Assembly (NCBI GenBank): GCA_965644265.1
Contig: OZ286469.1
Location: 64,666,001 to 64,730,000 of the forward strand
Length of the DNA stretch: 64,000 nucleotides
Direction of reading: 5' to 3'
Source of the DNA: Glycera tridactyla
Taxonomy: Eukaryota
The notes under the pieces were generated by a model. That model saw only the letters and a list, made by a program, of their open reading frames with translations. It searched no databases and was not told the origin of the DNA. Both the position numbers and the translations under genes were made by a program. How positions within the stretch are numbered: the stretch's first letter is position 1; every line of letters begins with the position of its first letter. Shown one piece after another: positions 63,326 through 64,000 of the stretch.

Positions 63326-64000
63326 TAAGTGAACAAGTTTGATTCTGAAGAACGAACCAATACAAAAAATGGTTGCACGTTTTGAACAAATTCGGGAGAG
63401 TGAATTCATTTTCAGGAGAGTGGCTGAAACAGTTTTTCGTGGAGACTGCTGATATACATTTTCCATGAAGCACTTTAGCTCCCCCTCAATTCAGGCTTCC
63501 TTATGTTCACCCACCCAAATGTTGTAGCTCTTAGAAGATTAGTTGAAATGTCAGACGTCACAACAAAATGTCAGACGTGAGCCGTTTCCACGTCTGACAA
63601 TTTGTCAGACGTGGCGAAAAACTTTTCGCGAACACTGCATAATGCTTTTCATGTCATAGCATATGCATGAACTGATACGATCTGTTTCAGAATAAATTCG
63701 GAATTCGTCCCCATGAGAAAAGCTTTCTACCAGTGCAGAGGCTGTCCCATGATCTATTCTACTGGTGTGGGACCTGGGACGGGGCAGGGCTCACTGAGTA
63801 AATGACCTGCTATTCTCCCCCCATGCCTGTCAGAATATTATTGGCGAATGGCAGCTAAGCTGTTTGACTAATTTCCGTTGGTTGATTGGTGACGAGGATT
63901 TGGGCTGGTTCGGTGATCTATAGAGGCTGGTGTTTGCTTTGTACCCCCCCCCCCCCCCCATGCCACTACTATATATACTGCTAGTGTACCAACCCCACTC

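Larger units (their letters stand above)
62545..63448. mobile_element. Non-autonomous DNA transposon (CAGTCT termini), middle element of the nested cluster
   Basis: Termini CAGTCT/AGACTG, subterminal CACTCTCC/GGAGAGTG repeats at both ends, and a 6-bp direct repeat CTGATA on both flanks. Confidence 0.55.
61820..63637. mobile_element. Non-autonomous DNA transposon (CAGTGTT termini), outer element of a nested cluster
   Basis: TIR CAGTGTTTGTGAAAA versus TTTTCGCGAACACTG, subterminal GTC(A/C)GACG repeats at both ends, and a 5-bp direct repeat CATAA on both flanks. Confidence 0.6.
34801..64000 (-). other. Probable long upstream intron (at least 29 kb) of the TIA-1/TIAR gene
   Basis: The 34800 exon starts with an acceptor in mid-codon. 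A manual search for RRM1 and linker exons (YVGNL, PYCFVEF, VNWA motifs) found none up to 64000. A short exon could hide in an N-gap. Confidence 0.55.

Noticed and set aside
1-64000. CRISPR arrays, rRNA/tRNA genes, hammerhead ribozymes, prokaryotic systems
   Set aside because: None seen. The tandem repeats lack unique spacers, CTGATGA motifs have no paired GAAA core, and the DNA is intron-rich eukaryotic sequence.

Overview
This is eukaryotic (invertebrate animal-type) genomic DNA from a gapped assembly, with six N-gaps mostly next to microsatellites. Almost all short ORFs in the track are spurious. Two short coding exons on the minus strand (34713-34800, then 643-718) splice in frame to give RRM2 of a TIA-1/TIAR (Rox8-type) RNA-binding protein. 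They are separated by a 33,994-nt intron, and no RRM1 exon was found in the 29 kb upstream. Inside the 34-kb intron, on the same strand, lies an intact single-exon ORF (28501-25835, 888 aa). It encodes a type II membrane protein with two tandem GT31 (beta-1,3-galactosyltransferase-like) domains; the first has degenerate catalytic motifs (DDN instead of DDD) and the second is intact. A candidate poly(A) signal follows it. The upstream intron holds a textbook recursive-splice-site motif (U-tract-CAG|GTGAGT at 52773/52772) with a matching downstream donor that defines a cryptic 232-nt exon. The rest is intronic DNA with many TA-flanked MITEs, a three-level nested transposon at 61820-63637, microsatellites, G/C homopolymers, small tandem duplications and several CpG-rich unique islands.
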